DNA of 64,000 nt from positions 30,633 to 94,632 of the forward strand of contig JACPBY010000001.1 in the NCBI GenBank assembly GCA_016180065.1, in the 5' to 3' direction. How positions within the stretch are numbered: position 1 is the stretch's first letter; each line of letters begins with the position of its first letter. The notes below the pieces were generated by a model. That model saw only the letters and a program-made list of their open reading frames with translations. It was not told where the DNA came from and did not search any database. The stretch is from Candidatus Woesearchaeota archaeon (GTDB lineage Archaea; Nanobdellota; Nanobdellia; Woesearchaeales; UBA10216). Of this stretch, positions 1 through 9,950 are shown one piece after another. The position numbers and the translations under genes were made by a program.

Positions 1-299
1 CCCAGCAAAACTTCTGGGTCAAATACTGCGTTTTCAAGGACATAAGGGACAGGGGCTACATAATAAAGACTGCGCTGAAGTTTGGAGCGGACTTCAGGGT
101 GTATGACCGTGGGGTAAAGCCTGGAGAAGACCATGCCCGATGGATATTATACCCTGTCCATGAAGGGGACAAGCTTACATGGCAGGAGTTCTCAGCCAAA
201 AACAGGGTGGCCCACTCAACAAAAAAACGGCTGCTGATAGGCGTTGTGGATGATGAAGGAGATGTCAGCTACTGGGAGTGCCGTTGGCTTCGCCCGTAA
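1..299 (+). CDS. endA: tRNA-splicing endonuclease EndA, C-terminal catalytic domain. 5'-truncated by the window edge; reading frame starts at nt 3.
   Basis: Frame-3 translation from the window start reads ...ALKFGADFRVYDRGVKPGEDHARWILYPVHEG...HSTKKRLLIGVVDD. The KFGADFRVY / His / Lys signature is typical of the archaeal EndA catalytic domain. The ORF runs off the 5' edge. Confidence 0.75.
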   Translation, partial: QQNFWVKYCVFKDIRDRGYIIKTALKFGADFRVYDRGVKPGEDHARWILYPVHEGDKLTWQEFSAKNRVAHSTKKRLLIGVVDDEGDVSYWECRWLRP

Positions 300-355
300 A
301 TCTCTCTCTTTTTTCATAAGCTCTGGGCACTCCCACAAACTTAACCTCTGACAAA

Positions 356-365
356 TTATTTAAAA
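356..365 (+). promoter_or_regulatory. TATA-like box (TTATTTAAAA) about 23 bp upstream of the ATG at 388, implying a leaderless transcript.
   Basis: A/T box at archaeal BRE/TATA spacing to the start codon. Confidence 0.4.
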
Positions 366-387
366 CACACGGGCAATTCTTTGTTTT

Positions 388-1458
388 ATGGCAGGTCTGG
401 CAGGAACAGGGAACCTCATAACAGACAGGGTAAAGCAGCTCGTTAGAATGAGAGGGCCGCTGATTCCATCCCAAATATCAAAAGAAATAGGCACAAACAT
501 CCTTATGGCATCAGCCATTCTTTCTGAGCTGTCTTCAAAAGGCGATGTCAGAATATCAAGCCTGAAAATCGGGGGCACACCCCTATACTATGTGCCCGGG
601 CAGGAAGCAAAGCTGCTAAACTACACTTCAGGGCTTCATCCCAAAGAGAAAGAAGCCCTTGAACAGCTTAAAGCCATGGGCGTGCTTAAAGATTCAAGCC
701 TTGAGCCTGCAACCAGGGTGGCAATGCGGCAAATCAGGGATTTTGCCAAGCCTGTAGAAGCAAGCATTGACGGCAACATAACCCTCTTCTGGAAATGGCA
801 CCTTGTGCCGAACGAAGAGGCAGAAGCAGCAATCAAAAAAATGATGGGCACGGCTGAACAAAGTGCTGGCACAGGCGATGCTCCTTTACAGGCTTTTGCA
901 GCATCACCCGCTTCACCATTTGGCGCCCAAGCAATAATTGAAACCGTATCCGGAGCAGAAGCCCAACCAAGCCAGGCGGGCGCACAGGCAGGCATTGCAC
1001 CCTTGCTTTACTCAGTCCAGCAGCAACTAAGGCAACACCCAAACACAGAACAGCTTCACAACAAGCTATCGCCCGCACCAGCCACCAGCACAGCTGAAGC
1101 AACACCACAAAAACAAGGAAAACCCGCCAAGCCAAGGCAAGCCACGGCAGCAACAGAGCTTTCTGAGCTTATTAATGCTTTTTTTACAAGAAACGGCATT
1201 GAAATGGAATCAGAAGTTACATCCAAAAAATCAGAGGTTGAATGCATTATCAGCCTTCCAAGCCCCGTCGGAAAGCTGCGGCACTACTGCGTTGCAAAAA
1301 ACAAAAAAACATGCACAGACGCAGACATAAGCTCTGCGATGGTTCAAGGCCAGATCAGGAAACTGCCTGTTCTGCTCCTAACAAAAGGCGAGCTGTCAAA
1401 AAAAGCCCAGGAGCTGCTGTCAAAAGAGATAGGGGCCATTGTTGTCAAAAAGATATAA
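388..1458 (+). CDS. Hypothetical protein with a predicted N-terminal tandem winged-helix region, a central A/P/Q/T-rich low-complexity linker, and a conserved C-terminal globular domain.
   Basis: ATG start at 388. The N-terminus (ITDRVKQLV...GPLIPSQISKEIG...GTPLYYVPG) looks like a wHTH. Codon usage matches the host. No catalytic motifs recognised. Confidence 0.6.
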   Translation: MAGLAGTGNLITDRVKQLVRMRGPLIPSQISKEIGTNILMASAILSELSSKGDVRISSLKIGGTPLYYVPGQEAKLLNYTSGLHPKEKEALEQLKAMGVLKDSSLEPATRVAMRQIRDFAKPVEASIDGNITLFWKWHLVPNEEAEAAIKKMMGTAEQSAGTGDAPLQAFAASPASPFGAQAIIETVSGAEAQPSQAGAQAGIAPLLYSVQQQLRQHPNTEQLHNKLSPAPATSTAEATPQKQGKPAKPRQATAATELSELINAFFTRNGIEMESEVTSKKSEVECIISLPSPVGKLRHYCVAKNKKTCTDADISSAMVQGQIRKLPVLLLTKGELSKKAQELLSKEIGAIVVKKI

Positions 1459-1483
1459 AAAGCCGCTCATGCCCGCCAGCCAC

Positions 1484-2518
1484 ATGGGAGTCCAGATAAC
1501 AGCACTGCTGCCCGGAAAAGAGGCCAGGCTGGAGGATTTCAGCGGCAAGGTCATTGCAGTTGATGCAGCCAACCATATCTATCAGTTCCTGACCACAATC
1601 AGGGCACCGGACGGCTCATTTTTCACAGATGCGCAGGGCAATGTCACTTCTCACCTGATAGGCCTTTTCACAAGGACAACCCACCTTATGAAGCTGGGCA
1701 TAAAGCCTGCTTACGTCTTTGACGGGCAAGTGCCGCAGCTTAAAAAAACCGAACTGCTAAGAAGGGCAGGGCACAAGGCTGAAGCTGCAGAAAAACATGA
1801 GGAAGCAGAAGAAAAAGGCGATGTTGAAGGGATGAGGAAGTATGCCATCAGGACAACACACCTCACTCCGGAAATGGTCAATGATGCCAAGGAAGTGATA
1901 ACTGCCCTCGGCCTGCCAGTGGTGCAGGCGCCCGGGGAAGGAGAAGCCCAGGCATCACACATCGTTGCCAACGGAGACGCCTTTGCCGTAGCCTCCCAAG
2001 ATGCAGACAGCCTGCTTTTTGGCGCAACAAGGCTGGTGAGGAACCTTTCAATAGCTGGAAGAAGGAAAAAGGCAAATGCCCTCAGCTATGAGCAAGTTGC
2101 ACCTGAGCTTATTGAGCTTCGCGAGGTTCTCTCACAGCTAAACATAAGCCACGAACAGCTCATCTGCCTGGCAATGCTCGTAGGCACAGACTACAACACA
2201 AGGGGCATAAAAGGCATAGGCCCAAAAACAGCCCTTAAACTAGTCAGGGAGCACAAAACACCAGCCGGATTGTTCAATGCCGTAAGCTGGCAAAGGCATT
2301 TCAGCCAGCCATGGCAGGAGGTCTTTGAGCTGTTTGCAAACCCAAACACCAGCAAGGAATACGAGCTTAGGTTCTCCGAGCCTGACAAAAAAAAGCTTGC
2401 CGACCTGCTGTGCGACAAGCATAACTTCTCAAGGCAAAGAGTTGAAAACACGTTGGATGAGCTGGGAGCCGCCTGCACAGCAAGGCAGCAAAAAGGGCTT
2501 GGAGACTTTCTGAAATGA
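1484..2518 (+). CDS. fen: Flap endonuclease 1 (FEN1).
   Basis: N-terminus MGVQITALLPGKE matches the FEN1 MGVxL start. Also present are acidic active-site blocks and the helix-hairpin-helix motif (GIKGIGPKTALKLV). The ORF-track start at 1439 is a TTG; the ATG at 1484 is preferred. Confidence 0.9.
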   Translation: MGVQITALLPGKEARLEDFSGKVIAVDAANHIYQFLTTIRAPDGSFFTDAQGNVTSHLIGLFTRTTHLMKLGIKPAYVFDGQVPQLKKTELLRRAGHKAEAAEKHEEAEEKGDVEGMRKYAIRTTHLTPEMVNDAKEVITALGLPVVQAPGEGEAQASHIVANGDAFAVASQDADSLLFGATRLVRNLSIAGRRKKANALSYEQVAPELIELREVLSQLNISHEQLICLAMLVGTDYNTRGIKGIGPKTALKLVREHKTPAGLFNAVSWQRHFSQPWQEVFELFANPNTSKEYELRFSEPDKKKLADLLCDKHNFSRQRVENTLDELGAACTARQQKGLGDFLK

Positions 2519-3351
2519 AAGCAACACTCAAACAGGCGCTGGAGGGAAAGCTGCCCGTCAAATGCCTGCAACAGCCAAGAAGAGCTTTTGACATTATTGG
2601 TGACATAGCCATCATAGAAATTCCCGAAGAGTTAAGGAAAAAAGAAAAACAAATCGCTGCCGCAGTCCCGATTCTGCAAAAAACCATCAAAGCAGTTTAC
2701 AGGAAAGCAGGAGGCCACGAAGGCGAGTTTAGGCTGCAGAAGCTTAAGCACCTCTGGGGAGAGAGGAGGACAGAAACCACACATAAGGAAAACAACACCT
2801 TGCTTAGGCTTGACATAGCAAAAGCCTACTTCTCCCCGAGACAGGCAACAGAGCGGAAAAGGGTTTTTTTGCAGGTAAAAAAGCCCGAAACTGTCCTGGT
2901 CATGTTTTCCGGAGTTGGACCGTTTACTCTCGAAATAGCAAAAAACACGCCAGCAAAGGCAGTTTATGGCATAGAGCTGAACAGAATTGCCCACAAATCT
3001 GCCATTGAAAACGCCAAGCTGAACAAGGTTGAGGACAAAACCTGGCTTTTTTGCGGTGACGTAAGAAAAATAGTTCCGAAACTCAGGCAGAAGTTTGACC
3101 GCATCATAATGCCGTTGCCCAAAGGCGCAGAAAGCTTCCTGGATGTGGCATTTGCAGCAGCAAAAAAAGGCGCAACCATTCACTTTTACGACTTTGAAAA
3201 GGAAGAGGACATACCTCACAAGGCAGCAGAGAAAGTGAGAAAAGCAGCATCGGCAGCGAATAAGAAAATACGCGTACTTGATGTTGCCAAATGCGGCCAA
3301 CTGGCTGCCAGGGCTTACAGGGTGTGCGTTGATTTCAAGGTTGTTGGATGA
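2515..3351 (+). CDS. trm5: tRNA (guanine37-N1)-methyltransferase Trm5 / Taw22-like class I SAM methyltransferase.
   Basis: FDIIGDIAII N-terminus. SAM-binding motif VLVMFSGVGPFTLEIA. ATGA overlap with the fen stop suggests an operon. Confidence 0.8.
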   Translation: MKATLKQALEGKLPVKCLQQPRRAFDIIGDIAIIEIPEELRKKEKQIAAAVPILQKTIKAVYRKAGGHEGEFRLQKLKHLWGERRTETTHKENNTLLRLDIAKAYFSPRQATERKRVFLQVKKPETVLVMFSGVGPFTLEIAKNTPAKAVYGIELNRIAHKSAIENAKLNKVEDKTWLFCGDVRKIVPKLRQKFDRIIMPLPKGAESFLDVAFAAAKKGATIHFYDFEKEEDIPHKAAEKVRKAASAANKKIRVLDVAKCGQLAARAYRVCVDFKVVG

Positions 3352-3851
3352 GAAAACTGCTTAAAGATTGGATAAAGAAAATGTTCGGCAGCCTTTCCAA
3401 CTGGCAGAAATCTGTTGTCTGCTCAATATTATCCGCCCCTTTTGGCTTGGCAGTTTTTCTGGCGGCATGGTCAACACTTTATCTCGCAGACATTTCACCT
3501 TCCGCAGAATGGATTGTTTCAATGCTGATTGGAGCTCCAGTCATAGTTCTTGGCTTCTTTCTCATTGGCGGCATTACGCTTGGCTCGGCGTTGGGATTCC
3601 ATTACGCGGTAAAAGCAGTTGTGGCAAAGGAAAAATTCGCCCTTGCGGCGTTTTTTGCATTACCCGCGCCATTGATAATCTTCATTTATGCTGTCCTTGC
3701 TTTCCCATCCAACAACTTTTCTGGCTCTCCTTTAGCCAATATCAACAACGAGAGGCTTTCTTTTTTGGGCTGGCTAGCAGCACTGTTAATTGCCATGGCT
3801 GCAGCGAAGATTTATAAGCGCATCTCCCCTCCCAAGATGAGCGTGCGATGA
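3348..3851 (+). CDS. Hypothetical integral membrane protein with about 4 TM helices.
   Basis: Hydrophobic segments. ATGA overlap with the trm5 stop. Confidence 0.55.
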   Translation: MRKLLKDWIKKMFGSLSNWQKSVVCSILSAPFGLAVFLAAWSTLYLADISPSAEWIVSMLIGAPVIVLGFFLIGGITLGSALGFHYAVKAVVAKEKFALAAFFALPAPLIIFIYAVLAFPSNNFSGSPLANINNERLSFLGWLAALLIAMAAAKIYKRISPPKMSVR

Positions 3852-3873
3852 TCGCGTGAACACCCTCGGATGA

Positions 3874-3911
3874 CCTTCTTAAGAAGAAGGCCAAACGAGA
3901 ATGGCCTTTTT
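3874..3911 (+). terminator. Two overlapping GC hairpins (ccttctt-aag-aagaagg and aggcca-N8-tggcct) followed by a T5 run, at the 3' end of the fen-trm5-membrane operon.
   Basis: Inverted repeats read directly, ending in TTTTT at 3907..3911, 23 nt after the stop codon. Confidence 0.45.
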
Positions 3912-4103
3912 AAGACAAGGTTGATGATGAACGGGAGTAACTGGTGAGCACGCTAAATCTTTTTGCTCACTGCAGCTCGCAAAAAGCTTTACCAAAAAAC
4001 GGCGAAAAAAGGTGCTGGAAAATAGTGACCGCTGCTGCCGCCATCACATTAAGGAAACTGCAGTGCTAAACTGTTTTATTGTTTTGGCCGGCATTTCAAA
4101 AAG

Positions 4104-4111
4104 TTTATAAA
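4104..4111 (+). promoter_or_regulatory. TATA box TTTATAAA, about 60 bp upstream of ORF 4170.
   Basis: Matches the recurrent GTTTATAAAC promoter consensus of this window. Confidence 0.4.
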
Positions 4112-4169
4112 CTTGCCTCTCAAGAGTGCGGTCAGGAACTTTTTTTGCAGGCAAACCAAGTGAGATGAA

Positions 4170-4673
4170 ATGCTTTCTGTAAAGGACAAGAGGACTGAGG
4201 ACAGAGCTATTCTTGATGAACAAATCGTTCTAGGTGAGATCAGCCAGGCTCATGCCCTGCTGCAAGACATTCAAAATCGTAAAGGAAGTGATCTTTCGGC
4301 AATTCGGGGCGCGGCTGGGAAGCTCGGGCAAGCGATAGGGCTGCTTCGAGCAGCTGAAGGACGTGCCAAAGACATTGAAAAATGCTCTCTAAAAATTGAA
4401 AAGCACCTTAAGAACATCAGAGCTGTTACTAGCGCAGAAGGGGGGATTATTTCCTCAACCCGTGATATGGTGCGCTATCTTAAATTTACTGAAGCAAGGA
4501 TTGAGGCAGCGTATACTAATAGTTCATCTACTAACTTCTTCAATTCCCCGCTTCTTTTCGATACTCAGTTCTACTCTATCGTGGCTGATGCCGAAAAGAG
4601 GCTTGGCTTAATTATGGCAATGGTTCCGAAGCTCATTGCCCTGGAAAAGCAGGTAGACCAGTGGCTTGCGTGA
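4170..4673 (+). CDS. Hypothetical protein (167 aa, predicted all-alpha) with atypical AT-biased codon usage. Likely horizontally acquired.
   Basis: ATG at 4170. Uses cgt, tct, act, agt and tta codons that are rare in neighbouring genes. Preceded by a 318-bp non-coding stretch. Confidence 0.5.
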   Translation: MLSVKDKRTEDRAILDEQIVLGEISQAHALLQDIQNRKGSDLSAIRGAAGKLGQAIGLLRAAEGRAKDIEKCSLKIEKHLKNIRAVTSAEGGIISSTRDMVRYLKFTEARIEAAYTNSSSTNFFNSPLLFDTQFYSIVADAEKRLGLIMAMVPKLIALEKQVDQWLA

Positions 4674-4688
4674 TAGCAACAAATGCCG

Positions 4689-5822
4689 CTACCCGAACAT
4701 CGTGACGTATTCGCGGCTTTCGGCAGCCTCTTCCTTGCTTTTTACCTTCTGAATTGCGCTCAGGAAGTCTTTTGTTTCAACAGCCGTCCTTGATTCCCTT
4801 ATGGCAAAATAGCCAGCCTCTGTGCAGATTGCCCTTATCTCAGCTCCGGTGAAATTCTCGGCCAAGCCAATTATCTTCCCCATGTCAAGGCTGCCTGCAT
4901 TCATGGATTTTGTATGAATCCTGAAAATTTCCTTTCTCGCATCTTTTGCAGGCACAGGGAAATAAATATGCCTCTCCAGCCTTCCAGACCTGATTATTGC
5001 AGGGTCAAGGATGTCCTTGCGGTTCGTGCAGCCTATCACCTTGATATTGCCAAGGCTCTTAAAGCCGTCAATCTCTGCAAGGAGTTGCATGAACGTCCTC
5101 TGGACCTCCCTCTCACCTGACGTTCCTATGTCAACGCGCTTTGCCGCCAAGGCATCAATTTCATCAATGAAGATTATTGTGGGGGCCTTTTCTCTTGCGA
5201 GATGGAATATTTCCTTCACAAGCTTCGCGCCTTCCCCTATGAATTTCTGGACAAGCTCAGAGCCAACAACCTCAATAAAAGTGGCGTTCGTGGCTGTCGC
5301 AACAGCCTTGGCGAGAAGGGTTTTCCCGGTTCCAGGAGGGCCGTGGAAGAGCACGCCTTTCGGAGGGTGTATGCCTACCTGTGCAAACAGCTCAGGCTTG
5401 TTAAGCGGAAGCTCAACAATCTCCCTGACATCCCTTATCTGCTCTTCAAGGCCCCCTACCTCATGCCACTGAACATCCGGCTTTTCCAGAATGACAAACT
5501 TTTCAACAGCAAGCCTTTTTGAAACATTGGCTTTTTTAACGACACTAAGGTTCTTTTGTTCAACATAAACCATGTCCCCCGGCCTGAGCCTGCCGCAGTC
5601 TGAAAGGGCATCAACCAAAAACTGGTTGCCATTAGGCATTTTAATAATGACCTGGCCCACCCTTACTGCTGCAACCTCACAAACCATCAAAGGGGAGCGC
5701 CTGAGCTTCTCCAGGTCATCCTTCATGCCAGCCAGGGCTTCCCTTAGAACGCTGTTCTCTTCTTCCAGCCTGGCAATGGTGTAATCATAAATGACGTTCC
5801 CAAGCCTGTCGTCACTGCCCAC
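4689..5822 (-). CDS. pan: Proteasome-activating nucleotidase PAN (AAA+ ATPase).
   Basis: N-terminal coiled coil, Walker A GPPGTGKTLLAKAVA, Walker B IIFIDEIDA, and the AAA second region of homology. The start at 5822 is a GTG. Confidence 0.9.
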   Translation of the reverse strand: MGSDDRLGNVIYDYTIARLEEENSVLREALAGMKDDLEKLRRSPLMVCEVAAVRVGQVIIKMPNGNQFLVDALSDCGRLRPGDMVYVEQKNLSVVKKANVSKRLAVEKFVILEKPDVQWHEVGGLEEQIRDVREIVELPLNKPELFAQVGIHPPKGVLFHGPPGTGKTLLAKAVATATNATFIEVVGSELVQKFIGEGAKLVKEIFHLAREKAPTIIFIDEIDALAAKRVDIGTSGEREVQRTFMQLLAEIDGFKSLGNIKVIGCTNRKDILDPAIIRSGRLERHIYFPVPAKDARKEIFRIHTKSMNAGSLDMGKIIGLAENFTGAEIRAICTEAGYFAIRESRTAVETKDFLSAIQKVKSKEEAAESREYVTMFG

Positions 5823-5901
5823 AGCACCGCCAACAGCGTCAGCAACGATTTTTGCACACCTCTTAACCTTTTGCCGGCAATAGCTTAACCAAAAACGCCA
5901 T

Positions 5902-7266
5902 TCACTCTACAGACTTTGTCACTTTGACATCCCTGACAAGTATCGGAGGGGTGATGGTTGGGGTTTCAACTTCCCAGCCGAAGACGGCTTCCGAATCTTT
6001 CCCGACTGCAGCAACACCCTTTAAGATGTGCAGGAGGTTATCGCTTATTCTTAACTCCTTGACAGGGCCAACAACTTTTCCATTCTCGATGAGGAAAATG
6101 CCGTCCCTCGGTATGGTTGAAAAATCCCCCGCTTCGTAATTCTGAAACCGCGTATACCAAACATTTGTTATGATAAGCCCGCGTTTCACTTCCTTTATCA
6201 TTTCTTCCTTATTAAAGTTTCCCTTTTCAAAAACAAGGTTGAAAGGCGTCGGGGTCACAAGCCCGGCATTTGCAGTTGTTTTAGTGCCATACCGCCTGGC
6301 AGTGGAGGAGTTATGCAAGTAAGTCTTCAGGATGCCTTTTTCTATCAGGACATTGCGCTGAGTCGGAACCCCCTCCTCATCAAACTGCGCAGAATCAAAG
6401 CCATTGGGCAGAGAGCCATCATCAACCAACGTCACATTTTCGCTTCCAACGCGCTTACCAAGCTTGCCCGCAAGGCATGAAAGCTTTGATTCAACATTGA
6501 AAATTGAGGCAGCCCTCCCAACACTTTCAATAAGGTTGGAGAAAGGAAGCGGCGAAAAGATTATGTCATACGTTCCTGCCTTTGCCGGCGCAGGATTGAC
6601 TGCTTGCCTGGCAATAGCTGATGCAATCTCCGCGCTCCTTTCAGGGGTGAATTTCCTCAAAACCCTCGAATTGCAGACATGATGGCCTGAGGCATATTTG
6701 TCTACAAATGCCCTGATGGAAAAATACGCCTTTGTGCCCCTGTCCTCAGACTCAACGTTGTTTGAGGTCAACAAGTAAGAACTGGAAACGGTTGTTTCAA
6801 ACACCCCCGCAGCCCTTTTCACGCCATTCCTGCTTGCAACACCTATTGCCCCTTTCAGGAGATCCACAGCAGTTTCTCCAAGCTCAGTGATTGCCTTGTC
6901 ATAGGTTTCAGCAATTTCCCTGTAACTGAAAGGCCCTACTGCTATCCCCTCATACTCCTTATTCGGAACAGCAGCAGCCGTGAACTTCAAAATTTTAGAC
7001 ACCGCATCATCAGCTGCAGATTTTGAAATGCTTCTTATGCTCGTGCCCACCAATTTTTTGCCAATGGCAACAAACATGTTCAGCTTGCCAGAATGCCAGC
7101 TTTGGGTTGTAGAAATGATGCTATTGACAAACTTCAGCTGGGTAACTTCCTCATCAATGGCAGAAACAACAACATCATCCGCGCCTTTTTTCTTAAGCTG
7201 CTTCACAAGATAGGCGGCTACAGAATGCGCATCGCCCTGTTCTCCTCCCGCTCCCGCCTTTGGCAT
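5902..7266 (-). CDS. pmbA: TldE/PmbA family metalloprotease.
   Basis: PmbA/TldD fold signature. Adjacent to and co-oriented with tldD. Confidence 0.8.
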   Translation of the reverse strand: MPKAGAGGEQGDAHSVAAYLVKQLKKKGADDVVVSAIDEEVTQLKFVNSIISTTQSWHSGKLNMFVAIGKKLVGTSIRSISKSAADDAVSKILKFTAAAVPNKEYEGIAVGPFSYREIAETYDKAITELGETAVDLLKGAIGVASRNGVKRAAGVFETTVSSSYLLTSNNVESEDRGTKAYFSIRAFVDKYASGHHVCNSRVLRKFTPERSAEIASAIARQAVNPAPAKAGTYDIIFSPLPFSNLIESVGRAASIFNVESKLSCLAGKLGKRVGSENVTLVDDGSLPNGFDSAQFDEEGVPTQRNVLIEKGILKTYLHNSSTARRYGTKTTANAGLVTPTPFNLVFEKGNFNKEEMIKEVKRGLIITNVWYTRFQNYEAGDFSTIPRDGIFLIENGKVVGPVKELRISDNLLHILKGVAAVGKDSEAVFGWEVETPTITPPILVRDVKVTKSVE

Positions 7267-7283
7267 TTTTTTACCCGTTTACC

Positions 7284-8735
7284 TTAAAAGCTTAGCCTGA
7301 CATTCCTAATCCTGAGGCTTGGGCCTCCAAACCACACAGGAATTGCCTGCATTGGCTCTGCTTTGCCACAGGTTCCGGCATGGTACTCTGTGTTGTCTGC
7401 TGCAGCATCAACAGCGCTCCAAAGCTTAGGGGTTGAAATTTCAATCGTAGGCCTCCAAACCGGCTCTGCAAGCCTCCCATCACGTATCAGGTAAGCTTCT
7501 GCGCCAGTATACTTCGCGTTCAGCCTCTTATCATCAATGTTCCATTCCATAAAGTTCCTGAAATAAACCCCAAGCCTGACCGATTCTATGAGCTCGTCTT
7601 CCTTGTAGCTGCCAGGCTTGAAAACAGTGTTTGCCATCCTGACTATCTGTTCCCTGTCATAGCCTGTAGCCCTTGCAGCACCGTTGCTTTTTGTTTTAAG
7701 AATGGCTGATGTCTCACGGTTATGGAGCAGCCCGCCTATAATTCCTTTTCTGATAAGCCAGCGCTCACTCGCCTTTACCCCCTCATCATCATAAAGATAA
7801 TAGCCGAAGCTGCCAGGGATTGTAGGGTCATCAACGATGTTAACAGCACCAGAGCCAATCGTTGTCCCGACACTGCCCGGATGGAGGAAGGACTCGCCTG
7901 CCTGTGCCGCTTCCCTGCCAAGGACGCGGTCTGCCTCATACGGGTGGCCCACGCTTTCGTGGACCATTATCCCTGTAATTTGCGGGGCAACAACAAGGTC
8001 AACTTTTTCCTTTGGAGGACTAATAGCTTTCTTCATGTTGGACAAGGTTGCCTTAACTTCCCCGGCAAGGAGCTCAGGAAACTTGTATTCATAAATTGTT
8101 TCAAAGCCACCTGCTGCGCCGTATTGCCAATAGCGCTGGGCAGTCCTCCCGGCTTCCTCCACAGTTATGAAATACCAAAAATCAGTTCTGGGAATTTTTG
8201 AAAGAATCCTGCTGCCTTCACTGTTGGCAAAATATTTCTCTGTATAGAAGTCAGACATAGAAAAGAACCTGCCAGGCACGTTTGCCTTTACAGCCTTTAT
8301 TGCTTTCTCAGTGTCAAAAAGGACAGCAAGCTTCTCCTTCGGGCTTAAATCAACAAGCTTAACCCTTTGCTTAACTTCATAACCGGCCTTATTTGTTTCC
8401 TCATCGCTGAACTTCACCTTTTCTCCGATCCGGGAAGCAGCAGAGGTAAGCCTTGCAGCTTTTTCAACAACAGCCCGGACATTTTCCCTTGACAGGCCAT
8501 TGGTGCAGGCAAAGCCAAGCGAGCCTTTCATGACAATCCTTACCCCAATGCCTGCTACCCTGTCAAAGCCCGCAGCCTGAGGAACCCCGTTTTTCAGGAC
8601 AAAGCCGTTGACTGACGTTGCCTCAAGCCGGGCATCGGCGTAACTTGCGCCAATCTTCCCTGCGTAGTCAATGGCAAAATGCGCGAGGTCAAGGTCAAGA
8701 GCATCATCAGGCTTAACTGAAGACTTAGCAGGCAT
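7284..8735 (-). CDS. tldD: TldD family zinc metalloprotease.
   Basis: HESVGH zinc-binding motif in VHESVGHPYEADRV. Length and architecture fit TldD. Confidence 0.85.
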   Translation of the reverse strand: MPAKSSVKPDDALDLDLAHFAIDYAGKIGASYADARLEATSVNGFVLKNGVPQAAGFDRVAGIGVRIVMKGSLGFACTNGLSRENVRAVVEKAARLTSAASRIGEKVKFSDEETNKAGYEVKQRVKLVDLSPKEKLAVLFDTEKAIKAVKANVPGRFFSMSDFYTEKYFANSEGSRILSKIPRTDFWYFITVEEAGRTAQRYWQYGAAGGFETIYEYKFPELLAGEVKATLSNMKKAISPPKEKVDLVVAPQITGIMVHESVGHPYEADRVLGREAAQAGESFLHPGSVGTTIGSGAVNIVDDPTIPGSFGYYLYDDEGVKASERWLIRKGIIGGLLHNRETSAILKTKSNGAARATGYDREQIVRMANTVFKPGSYKEDELIESVRLGVYFRNFMEWNIDDKRLNAKYTGAEAYLIRDGRLAEPVWRPTIEISTPKLWSAVDAAADNTEYHAGTCGKAEPMQAIPVWFGGPSLRIRNVRLSF

Positions 8736-8803
8736 AAAAACATCCCCTTAAACAAAACAATTTCACGCAACACAGCAGATATATAAAGTTTATTGGCAAA
8801 AAA

Positions 8804-9919
8804 TTAGCGCGTGACATCAAAACTCCTGACTTGCTCCATAAGCTTTTTTGCCTTTGCATTTGTGCTAAAATGCTGCCTTACGGGCGCGAGCAGCTCGTTC
8901 AGCTTCCCGGCAACCGCGATTTTCAGGTCTGCAGGGTGAACCTTGCCTTCGGAGTACAGAGCTTCAAGCTCGCTGCAGCTGCCGACGCTCAAGTCGCCGC
9001 CGAACTTCTCAGGACGCTTGATTTCAAGCTCTTTAAACTTTTCAAAAATAATGTATTTACAATATTCCAGAACCGGATTTTCATTAACCTGCTTCAGGGG
9101 GCAGTAAGCTTTGCCTATTTTGCGCATAACATCCTCTTCCGAGTCAGTCATGAAAACGGCCGTATCGGGCTTTGACTTTGACATCTTAAGCTCAATCGCC
9201 CTTTCAGTAACGCCCTTAACGTCAGTCCTTGGCTCGCCAAGGCCCATAAGCATATGGTGGCTTACAACAACCGGCTTCCAGAAGCCAAGCTTTGGGCCAA
9301 TCTCCCTCGCAAGTATGTTCACTTTGCGCTGGTCCATTCCAAGCTGGCAAATGTCCGCCTCAAGCTGGAAAATGTCAGCCGCCTGCATGCAGGAATAAAC
9401 AACCATTGATGCCTGCTGCATCTCAGACTCCTTCCTGCCCATAATCTCCCCTGTGCGGATTATGCGCTGAATTGTTGCATTCATGGATATTTGCAAGACC
9501 TTCTTCCAGAAGTCCTGGCTCTTGACCAAATCAGTTGCCCTGACAAACTCAACTTTGCTGAGGTCCATCCCGGCAGCCTTCCAAACCTCAACAAGGTAGT
9601 CCCCACACACCTGAATCCTGTCCAAATCACCACCAAGCTTATTGTTCGCCCAGGCGTGCCAGTCTGCCGCATACATCTTGAACCTGCAGCCTGCCCGTGT
9701 CATCTTGTTGACATTAATGGCTCTCATAATGCCCTGTGCTATGTGAGCCCTTCCACTGGGCTCAAAGCCGTCATAGGCAACAGGATGCTCTTTTGTCTCA
9801 AGAAGGCGCCTCAGTTCTTCGGCCGTAACTATTTCCTCACCAACTTCACCTATTAACGACAGCCTTTCTTCAATATCCATGCAGGATGCGGCTGCTGCAG
9901 ACGATATAAATCTTTTCAT
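8804..9919 (-). CDS. tyrS: Tyrosyl-tRNA synthetase, archaeal type.
   Basis: GFEPSG...HIAQG (HIGH region) and KMSKS. Strong block similarity to M. jannaschii TyrRS (AYCP, KRPEKFGGDL). Confidence 0.9.
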   Translation of the reverse strand: MKRFISSAAAASCMDIEERLSLIGEVGEEIVTAEELRRLLETKEHPVAYDGFEPSGRAHIAQGIMRAINVNKMTRAGCRFKMYAADWHAWANNKLGGDLDRIQVCGDYLVEVWKAAGMDLSKVEFVRATDLVKSQDFWKKVLQISMNATIQRIIRTGEIMGRKESEMQQASMVVYSCMQAADIFQLEADICQLGMDQRKVNILAREIGPKLGFWKPVVVSHHMLMGLGEPRTDVKGVTERAIELKMSKSKPDTAVFMTDSEEDVMRKIGKAYCPLKQVNENPVLEYCKYIIFEKFKELEIKRPEKFGGDLSVGSCSELEALYSEGKVHPADLKIAVAGKLNELLAPVRQHFSTNAKAKKLMEQVRSFDVTR

Positions 9920-9950
9920 TGCTTGGTCACATTGAAAAGTTCATGATACT

